DNA of 64,000 nt from Acetatifactor sp. (lineage in GTDB: Bacteria > Bacillota > Clostridia > Lachnospirales > Lachnospiraceae), in assembly GCA_045597705.1 (NCBI GenBank), contig JAZLKR010000040.1:7409-71408 (forward strand), read 5' to 3'. Each line of letters starts with the position of its first letter. Position 1 is the first letter of the stretch. The notes under the pieces are model-generated. The model had not been told where the DNA came from and made no database searches. It saw nothing but the letters and a program-made list of their open reading frames with translations. A program made the position numbers and the translations under genes. Shown piece after piece: positions 19,274 through 28,769 of this stretch.

Positions 19274-20752
19274 TTAGTAGCGCTTTTTGTTGGTCTGAAC
19301 AGGTTCGCTGGTCAGATCTACGCCAAGCTTCTTGAAGATCTTGATGTCAACCTCGGAAAGCATAACGGAGGTGTGAACCTGGCAGCCGCGGAGCTTGGGA
19401 AGCTGCTCCATAGCAAGCTTTGCGCTTGCGTCGGTGGTAGCTGCAAGAGAAAGTGCGATGAGCACTTCGTCGGTGTGAAGACGAGGGTTCTTGCCGCCAA
19501 GGATATTTACCTTCAGGTCCTGGATGGGCTCGATGGCAGTGGGCTGAATCAGCTTGGTGTCATGATCGATGCCTGCCAGATTCTTCAGTGCATTCAGCAA
19601 AAGTGCTGCAGAAGCGCCAAGGAAGTCAGAGGTCTTGGAGGTAATGATTTGTCCGTCGGGAAGTTCGATTGCTGCTGCGGGAAGGCCGGTTGCCTCAGCG
19701 CGCTCCTTACATGCAACGGTAACACGACGGTCGTCGGTAGTGATCTTAGCCTGCTTCATTAGCAGTTCAATCTTGTAAACTTCGTTCTCGGAAGCTTCTT
19801 CCTTAACCACCTTGTTCAGAGTGGTGTAGTAACGACGGATGATTTCCATCTTGGAAGCCTCACAGCAAGCCTCGTCGTCAATGATGCAGTTGCCTGCCAT
19901 GTTAACGCCCATATCGGTGGGAGACTTGTAGTAAGTGTTGCTGCCGTAGATTCCCTCGAGAATTGCGTTCAGTACGGGGAAAATCTCGATGTCACGGTTA
20001 TAGTTAACGGTGGTAACACCATATGCTTCCAAATGGAAGGGGTCAATCATGTTGACATCGTTCAGGTCTGCGGTTGCAGCCTCGTATGCCAGATTGACGG
20101 GATGCTTCAAGGGAATATTCCAGATGGGGAAGGTCTCGAACTTAGCATAGCCCGCCTTGATGCCGCGAATATTTTCATGATAGAGCTGAGAAAGACAGGT
20201 TGCCATCTTTCCTGAACCGGGTCCGGGAGCAGTGATGACTACCAGAGGTCTTGAAGTCTCAATGTAATCGTTCTTGCCGAAGCCGTTCTCGCTTACGATG
20301 AGAGGAATATTGGAAGGATAGCCCTCAATAATGTAGTGCTTGTAAACCTTGATGCCTTTCTTCTCCAGTTTCGCCTTGAACTGGTCGGCACTGTTCTGAC
20401 CTGCGTAGTGAGTGATGACAACACTTCCTACGAAGAGGCCCTTCTGCTGGAACTCATCGCGAAGACGAAGCACATCGACATCGTAGGTGATGCCGAGGTC
20501 GCCGCGGACCTTGTTTTTCTCGATATCAGCGGCGCTGATAACGATTACGATTTCAGCCACATCGGAAAGCTGCATCAGCATGCGCAACTTGGAGTCGGGA
20601 GCGAAGCCGGGAAGAACACGGGAAGCATGATAGTCATCGAAGAGCTTACCGCCGAACTCCAGGTACAGCTTGTCGCCGAACTGGCCGATTCTCTCTTTAA
20701 TATGTTCAGACTGCATTTTCAAGTACTTGTCATTATCGAAACCGATTCTCAT
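19274..20752 (-). CDS. DUF1846 / UPF0371 family protein
   Basis: MRIGFDNDKY, LYLEFGGKLFDD, TAPGPGSGK, YKSPTDMGVNM motifs. Confidence 0.85.
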   Translation of the reverse strand: MRIGFDNDKYLKMQSEHIKERIGQFGDKLYLEFGGKLFDDYHASRVLPGFAPDSKLRMLMQLSDVAEIVIVISAADIEKNKVRGDLGITYDVDVLRLRDEFQQKGLFVGSVVITHYAGQNSADQFKAKLEKKGIKVYKHYIIEGYPSNIPLIVSENGFGKNDYIETSRPLVVITAPGPGSGKMATCLSQLYHENIRGIKAGYAKFETFPIWNIPLKHPVNLAYEAATADLNDVNMIDPFHLEAYGVTTVNYNRDIEIFPVLNAILEGIYGSNTYYKSPTDMGVNMAGNCIIDDEACCEASKMEIIRRYYTTLNKVVKEEASENEVYKIELLMKQAKITTDDRRVTVACKERAEATGLPAAAIELPDGQIITSKTSDFLGASAALLLNALKNLAGIDHDTKLIQPTAIEPIQDLKVNILGGKNPRLHTDEVLIALSLAATTDASAKLAMEQLPKLRGCQVHTSVMLSEVDIKIFKKLGVDLTSEPVQTNKKRY

Positions 20753-20940
20753 TGATTTTACCTGAACCTTTCTGTTTTTGTCATAAGAAACTGCATTCTT
20801 GTCAATCATAATTACTGTGATTTTCAGCATCTGTTTTCTGAAAAAAACACGAAATAATTTTATCACAATCAAAAACTTTTCCGCAAGACGGAAATTTAGA
20901 AATCTTTAAGGTTTTACACGGTTTTTTCACATTTATTCTA

Positions 20941-20969
20941 TTGATTTCTATACTTTGAATCTCTATAAT
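20941..20969 (+). promoter_or_regulatory. SigA-type promoter of ftsH
   Basis: TTGATT-17bp-TATAAT. Confidence 0.7.
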
Positions 20970-21025
20970 AAAATAGATTTACCGCCCCCTGAAAACAGGG
21001 GAAGATTACCGGAAATGGAGAAAAT

Positions 21026-23251
21026 ATGAAGAATTCGCTGATCGATAAATTTGATGACGGCGGTTACAACAACAATAACCGCAACAACGGCCCCGGCAAC
21101 GGTGATAACAATCAGGGTCCGAACTCGCCCAAGCGCCCCAATATTGTAGCCATGATTCTGGCTGCAGTGACCACACTGATTCTGGTTCTGATGCTTGGAA
21201 ACATGTTCTTCGGCAATAAGAAGGACGGCGATGAGGTCCCTTACTCACAGTTCCTGCAGTACATCGAGCAGGATGAAATTACCGCTGTGGAGGTTCGCTC
21301 CAACGGTGTGGTTTATTTCACGCTGAAAAAGGACGAGAAGGAAGAGGTGAAGAACCCTTACTCTGACCTTGTGCCCGGATTTCCTTTTTACGGAAATGCC
21401 GAAACCACTAAGAAAAAATATTACACGGTTATCATGGAGGATATCACCTCCCTGACCGAGAGAATTGAGACCCATGACATTGAGGCAAAGCGCATTTTGA
21501 GCGACAATTCCGGTATCTGGGAGATTATTGTTTCCGTAGTGCTGCCGGTAGTTCTGTTCTGGATTCTGCTGAGCGTCATGTTCAAGAAAATGGGCGGTGG
21601 CGGCGGCCCCATGGGAATCGGCAAGCACAACGCCAAGGTATATGTGCAGAAGGAGACTGGTGTCACCTTCAAGGATGTCGCAGGTGAGGATGAGGCGAAG
21701 GAATCTTTGGTTGAGGTTGTAGACTTCCTTCACAATCCCGGTAAGTACTCCAAGATTGGTGCGAAGCTCCCCAAGGGTGCATTGCTGGTGGGCCCTCCCG
21801 GAACAGGTAAGACCCTGCTGGCTAAGGCGGTTGCAGGTGAGGCACAGGTACCTTTCTTCTCACTGACCGGTTCCGATTTCGTAGAGTTATATGTAGGTAT
21901 GGGTGCAAGCCGTGTGCGTGACCTGTTCAAGGAAGCCAACAAGAACGCGCCCTGTATCATCTTTATCGATGAGATTGATGCCATCGGACGCAGCCGTGAT
22001 TCCAAGTATGGCGGCGGCAACGAGGAGCGTGAGCAGACCCTGAACCAGCTGCTCTCCGAGATGGACGGTTTCGACAGCTCTAAGGGTATTCTGATTCTGG
22101 GTGCTACCAACAGACCCGAGATTCTGGATAAGGCACTGCTTCGTCCCGGCCGTTTCGACAGAAGAATCATCGTAGACAAGCCCGACCTGAAGGGCCGTGT
22201 GGAGATTCTGAAGGTTCACGCCAAGAATGTTAAGATGGATGAGACTGTAGATCTGGATGCCATTGCACTTGCAACCAGCGGCGCGGTTGGTTCCGATCTT
22301 GCCAATATGATTAACGAGGCTGCCATTAATGCAGTTAAGGAAGGCAGAGATTTTGTCAGCCAGAAGGACCTCTTCGGTGCGGTTGAGGTAGTGCTGGTCG
22401 GTAAGGAGAAGAAGGACCGTATCATGAGCAAGGAGGAGCGTCGTATCGTTTCCTACCATGAGGTCGGTCACGCACTGATCAGTGCTCTTCAGAAGAATTC
22501 CGAGCCTGTACAGAAGATTACCATTGTTCCCAGAACCATGGGAGCTCTGGGCTATGTAATGCATGTGCCCGAGGAAGAGAAATACCTGAACACCGAGGCA
22601 GAGCTCCGCGATATGCTGGTAGGTCTGGTCGGCGGACGAGCAGCCGAGGAGGTTGTATTCGATACCGTTACCACCGGTGCTTCCAACGATATTGAGCGCG
22701 CTACCGATATTGCCCGCAATATGATTACCCGCTATGGTATGAGCAAGAAGTTCGGACTGGTTGGTCTGGCTACCGTTGAGAATCAGTACTTAAGCGGCAC
22801 AAGCTCCCTGACCTGCAGTGAGGCTACCGCAGCTGAAATCGACGCCGAGGTAGTGGCAATGCTGAAGGAAGCTTACGAGACAGCGCTTTCCATGCTTCGT
22901 GAGAATCGCGAACTGATGGATAAGCTGGCAGAGTTCCTGATTGAGAAGGAAACCATTACCGGTAAGGAGTTCATGCAGATCTTCCGCAAGGAGAAGGGAA
23001 TTCCCGAGCCCGAGGACGAGAAGAAGCCCGCAGAGGAGCCCAAGGTTGAAGAGACTAAGGCAGAAGAGACTAAGGCAGTCTCTGAACCTGAGAAGCCCGC
23101 AGAGCCCACACCTGTTGTGATTCCCAATCCTATCGTGATGGAGGAACCCAAGGCTGAGGAGGAATCCAAAGCTGAAGAAAAATCTGAGGAACCCGCCCCT
23201 GCGCCCGAAGAAAAGCCCAGAGGAAGATTCTCCAATTCAAGTATTGATTAA
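21026..23251 (+). CDS. ftsH: ATP-dependent zinc metalloprotease FtsH
   Basis: Two TMs, GPPGTGKT, IIFIDEID, ATNRPE...LLRPGRFDR, HEVGH zinc motif. Confidence 0.96.
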   Translation: MKNSLIDKFDDGGYNNNNRNNGPGNGDNNQGPNSPKRPNIVAMILAAVTTLILVLMLGNMFFGNKKDGDEVPYSQFLQYIEQDEITAVEVRSNGVVYFTLKKDEKEEVKNPYSDLVPGFPFYGNAETTKKKYYTVIMEDITSLTERIETHDIEAKRILSDNSGIWEIIVSVVLPVVLFWILLSVMFKKMGGGGGPMGIGKHNAKVYVQKETGVTFKDVAGEDEAKESLVEVVDFLHNPGKYSKIGAKLPKGALLVGPPGTGKTLLAKAVAGEAQVPFFSLTGSDFVELYVGMGASRVRDLFKEANKNAPCIIFIDEIDAIGRSRDSKYGGGNEEREQTLNQLLSEMDGFDSSKGILILGATNRPEILDKALLRPGRFDRRIIVDKPDLKGRVEILKVHAKNVKMDETVDLDAIALATSGAVGSDLANMINEAAINAVKEGRDFVSQKDLFGAVEVVLVGKEKKDRIMSKEERRIVSYHEVGHALISALQKNSEPVQKITIVPRTMGALGYVMHVPEEEKYLNTEAELRDMLVGLVGGRAAEEVVFDTVTTGASNDIERATDIARNMITRYGMSKKFGLVGLATVENQYLSGTSSLTCSEATAAEIDAEVVAMLKEAYETALSMLRENRELMDKLAEFLIEKETITGKEFMQIFRKEKGIPEPEDEKKPAEEPKVEETKAEETKAVSEPEKPAEPTPVVIPNPIVMEEPKAEEESKAEEKSEEPAPAPEEKPRGRFSNSSID

Positions 23252-23271
23252 CTAAATGAAACATTCCAGAG

Positions 23272-23301
23272 AGGAGCAGGAAGAGACCTGCTCCTTTTTT
23301 T
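23272..23301 (+). terminator. Rho-independent terminator after ftsH
   Basis: AGGAGCAGG-aagaga-CCTGCTCCT followed by a T-tract. Confidence 0.85.
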
Positions 23302-23326
23302 CGTAACGGTTATGATTGCGGGGAAA

Positions 23327-23680
23327 TTACCATTGAAACATGGTATATTCATATTTGATGGTAAGACTTTTTGCAATATTGCCATCAGATTATTGCTTTT
23401 GCATTTCTGATGGTAAGACTTTTTGCGATACTTACCATCAAACTGTCTTTTCTTCATCTTTGATGGTAAGCATTTTTTGAAGTCTTGCCATTGAAAATTC
23501 AAATCATGTTTCTTAATGGCAATGAACGGAAAGTGCAGTACCATTGATTCTTTATTATTTCATATTGAATGGCAATTAACCCAAAACGGCATACCATCAA
23601 CCGTAGAAAAAACATTTTTGAATGGTAAAGCAATCAAAATGGCTGCCATTCAGATTGCTTTTTCACAATATTAATGGCAA
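23327..23680. repeat. Array of 7 periodic inverted-repeat units (~53-bp period) with variable 18-nt cores and 14-15-nt linkers
   Basis: CCAT at 23330, 23382, 23435, 23488, 23541, 23594, 23646. ATGG lies exactly 28 bp after each (23358, 23410, 23463, 23516, 23569, 23622, 23674). Confidence 0.92.
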
Positions 23681-23710
23681 CAATGCCGGAAGTAATCACT
23701 TAAGAATCCC

Positions 23711-23739
23711 TTCATTCTGTGAGAGCGGTATGCTATAAT
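23711..23739 (+). promoter_or_regulatory. Extended -10 promoter of uvrC
   Basis: TTCATT-17bp-TATAAT, with TG extension (TGcTATAAT at 23731-23739). Confidence 0.65.
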
Positions 23740-23774
23740 AATTCTTAACAATGTAAAGGGTAAACAGGAAAAGT

Positions 23775-25778
23775 ATGTTCAATTTTGAGGAAGAATTAAG
23801 GAAGCTCCCCAAGGAACCGGGAGTGTATATTATGAGAGATGATAAGGACGGGATTCTCTATGTGGGTAAGGCTGTAAACCTGCATAACAGAGTGCGGTCT
23901 TATTTTCGTGACAATATCGGCAGAGGCCCTGCCATCGACAAGATGGTTACCCTGATTGCCCGTTTTGAATACATCGTGACTGACTCCGAGCTGGAGGCTC
24001 TGGTGCTGGAGAATAACCTGATCAAGGAACATTCTCCCAAGTACAACACATTGCTGAAGGACGACAAGACTTACCCTTATATCAAGGTGACTTTGGGCGA
24101 GGATTTTCCCAGAGTGATGATGTCCCGCACCATGAAAAAGGACAAGTCCAGGTACTTCGGTCCCTATACCAGCGCGGCAGCGGTAAAGGATACCATCGAT
24201 TTGCTGAACAAGCTGTTCCACCTGCGTACCTGCAACCGCAATCTGCCCCGCGATATCGGTCTGGAGAGACCCTGCCTGAACTATCATATCAAGCAATGTC
24301 TGGCTCCCTGCCAGGGCTATGTTTCCAAGGAGCAGTACAAGGAACAGATAGCGGAGGTTATGGATTTCCTGACCGGCAATTACAACAAGATTTTAAGAGA
24401 CTTAGACAGTAAGATGAAGGCGGCAGCAGAGGAACTGGACTTCGAAAACGCCGCAGTCTACAGAGATTTATATACCAGCGTGAAGAGTGTTTCTCAGAAG
24501 CAGAAGATTACCGACAGCGTCGGTGAGGACAAGGACATTGTTGCCATGTACCGCGACGGCAGTGAGGCTGTTGTGCAGGTATTCTTTGTCAGGGATGGCA
24601 AGCTGATCGGCAGGGAACACTATTATATGACAAATGTGTCATGTGAATCGGAAATCTGTCCTACCGCGGAGGAACTGGAAACGGAAAACGCGGAGATTCT
24701 GGAGCGGCTGGAGCGCTGGCGCAGGCAGAGACAGCAGATCAATTCGGAAATTCTGCAGGATTTTGTAAAGCAGTTCTATGCCGGAACCCCTTTTATTCCC
24801 AGAGAGTTAATGCTGCAGTATGAAATCGAGGACAGTGCGCTGTTGGAGAAATGGCTCAGTGAGCGCAAGGGCGGTCGTGTCCACCTGCGTGTGCCCAAGA
24901 TCGGCAGCAAGGAGAAGCTGGTGGAACTGGCGGCCCAGAATGCCTGCCATATTCTGACCCAGGACAAGGAGCGCTTAAAGAGAGAAGAAGGACGAACCAT
25001 CGGCGCAGTCAAGGAGATTGCAGACCTCCTCGGTCTGGAGCATATCGAGCGCATGGAGGCCTTCGATATTTCCAACATCAACGGCTTCGAGAATGTAGGC
25101 TCCATGATTGTATTTGAAAAGGGCAAGCCCAAGAACAGTGACTATCGTAAGTTCCGTATCAAGACCGTATCCGGCCCCGACGACTACGCCTGCATGAGAG
25201 ACGTGCTGACAAGGCGCTTCACCCACGGCATGGAGGAGAGCAGGGAACTGGAGGCCAAGGACATCGACAAGGAATTCGGAAGCTTCACCAAGTTCCCGGA
25301 CCTGCTGATGATGGACGGCGGCCGTGGTCAGGTGAACATCGCCCTTTCCGTTCTGGACGAGCTGCATATCAACATTCCCGTCTGCGGTATGGTAAAGGAT
25401 GACAACCACCGCACCAGAGGCTTATATTTCAACAATGTGGAGCTGCCCATCGACACCCATTCCGAGGGCTTCAAGCTTATCACCAGAGTGCAGGACGAGG
25501 CCCACAGATTCGCCATCGAGTACCACAGATCCCTGCGCAGCAAGACCCAGGTGAAGTCTGTGCTGGATGATATTCCCGGCGTGGGACCTGCCAGAAGAAA
25601 GGCTCTGATGAGGAAGTTCAAGTCCCTGGAGGAAGTGAAGAATGCCTCTTTGGAGGACCTGATTTCCATTCCCGAGATGAACCGCAAGGCGGCGGAGGAT
25701 ATTCTGGCTTTCTTCCAAAACAGAGAAAAGGAAAAGGCAACTGCGGCAGCAGAAGTTTTTGCGGAAAATGAAAACTGA
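23775..25778 (+). CDS. uvrC: Excinuclease ABC subunit C
   Basis: GIY-YIG domain (PGVYIM...YVGKA..L..RV.SYF), UVR domain, [18 protein letters not shown], HhH IPGVG. Confidence 0.97.
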   Translation: MFNFEEELRKLPKEPGVYIMRDDKDGILYVGKAVNLHNRVRSYFRDNIGRGPAIDKMVTLIARFEYIVTDSELEALVLENNLIKEHSPKYNTLLKDDKTYPYIKVTLGEDFPRVMMSRTMKKDKSRYFGPYTSAAAVKDTIDLLNKLFHLRTCNRNLPRDIGLERPCLNYHIKQCLAPCQGYVSKEQYKEQIAEVMDFLTGNYNKILRDLDSKMKAAAEELDFENAAVYRDLYTSVKSVSQKQKITDSVGEDKDIVAMYRDGSEAVVQVFFVRDGKLIGREHYYMTNVSCESEICPTAEELETENAEILERLERWRRQRQQINSEILQDFVKQFYAGTPFIPRELMLQYEIEDSALLEKWLSERKGGRVHLRVPKIGSKEKLVELAAQNACHILTQDKERLKREEGRTIGAVKEIADLLGLEHIERMEAFDISNINGFENVGSMIVFEKGKPKNSDYRKFRIKTVSGPDDYACMRDVLTRRFTHGMEESRELEAKDIDKEFGSFTKFPDLLMMDGGRGQVNIALSVLDELHINIPVCGMVKDDNHRTRGLYFNNVELPIDTHSEGFKLITRVQDEAHRFAIEYHRSLRSKTQVKSVLDDIPGVGPARRKALMRKFKSLEEVKNASLEDLISIPEMNRKAAEDILAFFQNREKEKATAAAEVFAENEN

Positions 25779-25893
25779 ATACTTCCTATAAATAAGTGAC
25801 TGTGTTACAATCACCTTAAGTATGGGCATTTGCTTGTGCGGAAAGCAAACTGCCTCGGAACGACTCTATTTTCCGCACAGAAAAGAGGAAATC

Positions 25894-26838
25894 ATGGAAT
25901 ACGTATCATTGACTCGTTTAATTGAGAAGATGAAGCTGGAAATTCTGACCCCCGAATTGAAGGTAAAAGGAATTAAAATCACCATGCCCGATTTAAACAG
26001 ACCTGCGCTGCAGATGGCAGGCTATCTGAAGCACTTTGAGGCTACCCGTCTTCAGGTAATCGGTTTTGTAGAACACAGTTATTTCAACGATCTGGATGAC
26101 AGACGCAAGCGCGAGGTTTGTGACGAACTGATGAGCTATGATGTTCCTGCATTCGTATTCTGTCGTGAACTGACTCCCGACCCCATTTTCCTGGAGGAGG
26201 CAATCAACCACAGAATCCCCATCCTTTCCACCAAGAAGACAACCTCCGCCTTCATGGCTGAGGCAATCAGATGGCTGAATGTAAAACTGGCTCCTTCCAT
26301 TTCCGTACACGGCGTTCTGGTCGATGTTTACGGTGAAGGTGTTCTGATTACCGGTGAGAGTGGTATCGGTAAGTCAGAGGCTGCTCTGGAGCTGGTTAAG
26401 AGAGGACATCGTCTGGTTACCGATGATGTTGTTGTACTTCGTAAGGTAAGTGACGAGACCCTGATTGGTTCCGCACCCGATGTAACCAAGCATCTCATCG
26501 AGCTGCGCGGTATCGGTATCGTAGATATCAAGGCTCTGTTCGGTGCATCTTCCGTTAAGGATACCCAGTCCATCGACCTGGTTATCAAACTGGAAGACTG
26601 GGATAAGGATAAGGAATACGACAGACTGGGACTTGAGGACAATTACATCGAGTACCTTGGCAACCGTGTTGCCTGCCATAACCTGCCCGTACGTCCCGGA
26701 CGTAACCTGGCAATTATCTGTGAGTCCGCAGCAGTTAACCATCGTCAGAAGAAGATGGGCTACAATGCAGCGGTAGAGCTTTACAATCGTTTCCAGAGTC
26801 AGTTCAACAAGAAGGACGACGAGGAAGAGGAAGAATAA
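25894..26838 (+). CDS. hprK: HPr kinase/phosphorylase
   Basis: HGVLVDVYG, GESGIGKSE, LVTDD, ELRGIG, PVRPGRN motifs. Confidence 0.97.
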   Translation: MEYVSLTRLIEKMKLEILTPELKVKGIKITMPDLNRPALQMAGYLKHFEATRLQVIGFVEHSYFNDLDDRRKREVCDELMSYDVPAFVFCRELTPDPIFLEEAINHRIPILSTKKTTSAFMAEAIRWLNVKLAPSISVHGVLVDVYGEGVLITGESGIGKSEAALELVKRGHRLVTDDVVVLRKVSDETLIGSAPDVTKHLIELRGIGIVDIKALFGASSVKDTQSIDLVIKLEDWDKDKEYDRLGLEDNYIEYLGNRVACHNLPVRPGRNLAIICESAAVNHRQKKMGYNAAVELYNRFQSQFNKKDDEEEEE

Positions 26839-26864
26839 TTTTTATTGAAAGGAATATATAAATT

Positions 26865-27806
26865 ATGAGTAAGTATGCTTTTGGTGTTGATGTCGGAGGA
26901 ACAACCGTAAAGATTGGTCTTTTCGACCGTGAGGGTAATGTTCTGGACAAGTGGGAGGTTCCCACCAGAAAAGAAAACAACGGCGAGAAGGTTTTCCCTG
27001 ATGTTGCAGAGAGTCTGAAGGCAAAGATGGCAGAGAAGAATATCGCAGAGGCTGACCTTGCAGGTATCGGTATCGGTCTTCCCGGCGCAGTAGATGACAA
27101 CAATGTTCTTGTCGGCGGCGCAGTTAATATCGGATGGGGTGTTTTCAATGTAGCTGAGGCTATGCAGGCACACATCAATGTTCCCGTAAAGGCAGCAAAC
27201 GACGCAAACGCAGCAGCTTTCGGTGAGCTGTGGCAGGGCGGCGGCAAGGGCTGCAGCAACATGGTAGCAGTTACCCTTGGTACCGGCGTAGGCGGCGGTA
27301 TCGTTGTAGGCGGCAAGCTGATTACCGGTGCAACCGGTGCAGGCGGCGAGATCGGCCATATTCATATCGAGGATAATGAGACCGAGCTTTGCGGCTGCAA
27401 GAACAAGGGATGTCTGGAGCAGTATGCTTCCGCAACCGGTATTGTTCGTCTTGCAAAGAGACGCCTGGCTAAGGACGATCAGGCAAGTGTTCTGAGAAGC
27501 GTTAGCGAGCTTTCCGCAAAGGCAGTCTGGGACGCAGTAAAGGAAGGCGACGAGGTTGCCATCCAGATTGCAAAGCAGTTCGGTGAGTATCTCGGAAAGG
27601 GCCTGGCAGCAGTTGCAGGCGTTGTAAATCCCGAGATGTTCGTTATCGGCGGTGGTGTTTCCAAGGCAGGAGACATTCTGATTTCTTATGTTGAGCCCGA
27701 GTTCCAGAAGTATGCGTTCCAGCAGGTTCGCGGCGCAAAGTTCTCTTTGGCTAAGCTTGGAAACGACGCAGGTATCTACGGCGCAGCAGGACTGATTTTA
27801 AAGTAA
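26865..27806 (+). CDS. glcK: ROK family glucokinase
   Basis: DVGGT, NDANAAA, LGTGVGGG, GEIGH, CGCKNKGCLE motifs. Confidence 0.9.
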   Translation: MSKYAFGVDVGGTTVKIGLFDREGNVLDKWEVPTRKENNGEKVFPDVAESLKAKMAEKNIAEADLAGIGIGLPGAVDDNNVLVGGAVNIGWGVFNVAEAMQAHINVPVKAANDANAAAFGELWQGGGKGCSNMVAVTLGTGVGGGIVVGGKLITGATGAGGEIGHIHIEDNETELCGCKNKGCLEQYASATGIVRLAKRRLAKDDQASVLRSVSELSAKAVWDAVKEGDEVAIQIAKQFGEYLGKGLAAVAGVVNPEMFVIGGGVSKAGDILISYVEPEFQKYAFQQVRGAKFSLAKLGNDAGIYGAAGLILK

Positions 27807-27848
27807 TTTTACAGGCAGAAAATAACAGGAAAGAAAGGAGTGAGCGGC

Positions 27849-28769
27849 ATGCGCGAAGCAATCATAAAGGAACTGGAACAGCTGGTTCCCGGCGAACAGA
27901 TTTTATTGAATGAGCCCATGGCTGCTCATACCACTTTCCGAATCGGCGGACCTGCGGATGTGTTTGTGCGTCCCATGTCTGCAGAACAGCTTCAGGCTGT
28001 AACGGCGCTTCTTCGGAAGGAGAAGCAGCCTTTCTTTTTGTTGGGAAACGGCAGCAATCTGCTGGTACATGACAACGGCTATCGCGGCGTAGTGATTCAG
28101 ATCGGACCGGCCATGAGCGAGGTCCGTGTGGAGGGAAATCTTCTCACGGCGCAGGCAGGAGCCAGCATGTATAAGGCAGCCCAGACTGCCATGGAGCATG
28201 GACTTACCGGCCTTGAGTTTGCTTCCGGAATTCCCGGAACCATCGGCGGCGGTGTTATCATGAATGCCGGAGCTTATGACGGAGAGTTCGCCTTTGTGGT
28301 GAAGTCCGTGACAGCACTGACTCCCGAGGGGAACCTCGAGACCTTCACGAAGGAGCAGATGGCGTTCGGGTATCGCCACAGCATGATGAAGGTCGGCGGC
28401 TACGCGGTGACGGAGGTTGTCTTCGAGCTGCAGCCAGGTGACACAGAACAGATTAAAGACAAAATGGCTGATTTTGCAGCCAGACGAAGAGACAAGCAGC
28501 CACTGGAGTACCCCAGCGCCGGCAGCACCTTCAAACGTCCCGAGGGATTGTTTGCGGGCAAGCTGATTCAGGATGCGGGACTCAGAGGATATACCTACGG
28601 CGGCGCAGCGGTTTCCGAGAAGCACTGCGGCTTCGTCATTAATAAGGGGAACGCCACATCGGAAGATGTGATGGAAGTTATTAATCATACGAGAGAGTGT
28701 GTAAAAGAGCAGTTCGGCGTCACTTTGGAGCCGGAGGTACTGTTCTTGGGTTATGGGGAGAAAGCATGA
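27849..28769 (+). CDS. murB: UDP-N-acetylenolpyruvoylglucosamine reductase
   Basis: HTTFRIGGPA, GNGSNLL, GIPGTIGG..MNAGAY, SAGSTFKRP, LEPEV motifs. Confidence 0.97.
   Translation: MREAIIKELEQLVPGEQILLNEPMAAHTTFRIGGPADVFVRPMSAEQLQAVTALLRKEKQPFFLLGNGSNLLVHDNGYRGVVIQIGPAMSEVRVEGNLLTAQAGASMYKAAQTAMEHGLTGLEFASGIPGTIGGGVIMNAGAYDGEFAFVVKSVTALTPEGNLETFTKEQMAFGYRHSMMKVGGYAVTEVVFELQPGDTEQIKDKMADFAARRRDKQPLEYPSAGSTFKRPEGLFAGKLIQDAGLRGYTYGGAAVSEKHCGFVINKGNATSEDVMEVINHTRECVKEQFGVTLEPEVLFLGYGEKA

Noticed and set aside
23248-23544. 98-aa minus-strand ORF over the array
   Set aside because: No recognisable motif or RBS, it runs through the ftsH terminator, and the 52-53-bp period is not a multiple of three, so the repeat is not a protein repeat.
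23327-23680. Calling the array a CRISPR
   Set aside because: Conserved parts are only 10-bp arms in alternating orientation, variable parts are 14-18 nt, and there are no cas genes in the window.
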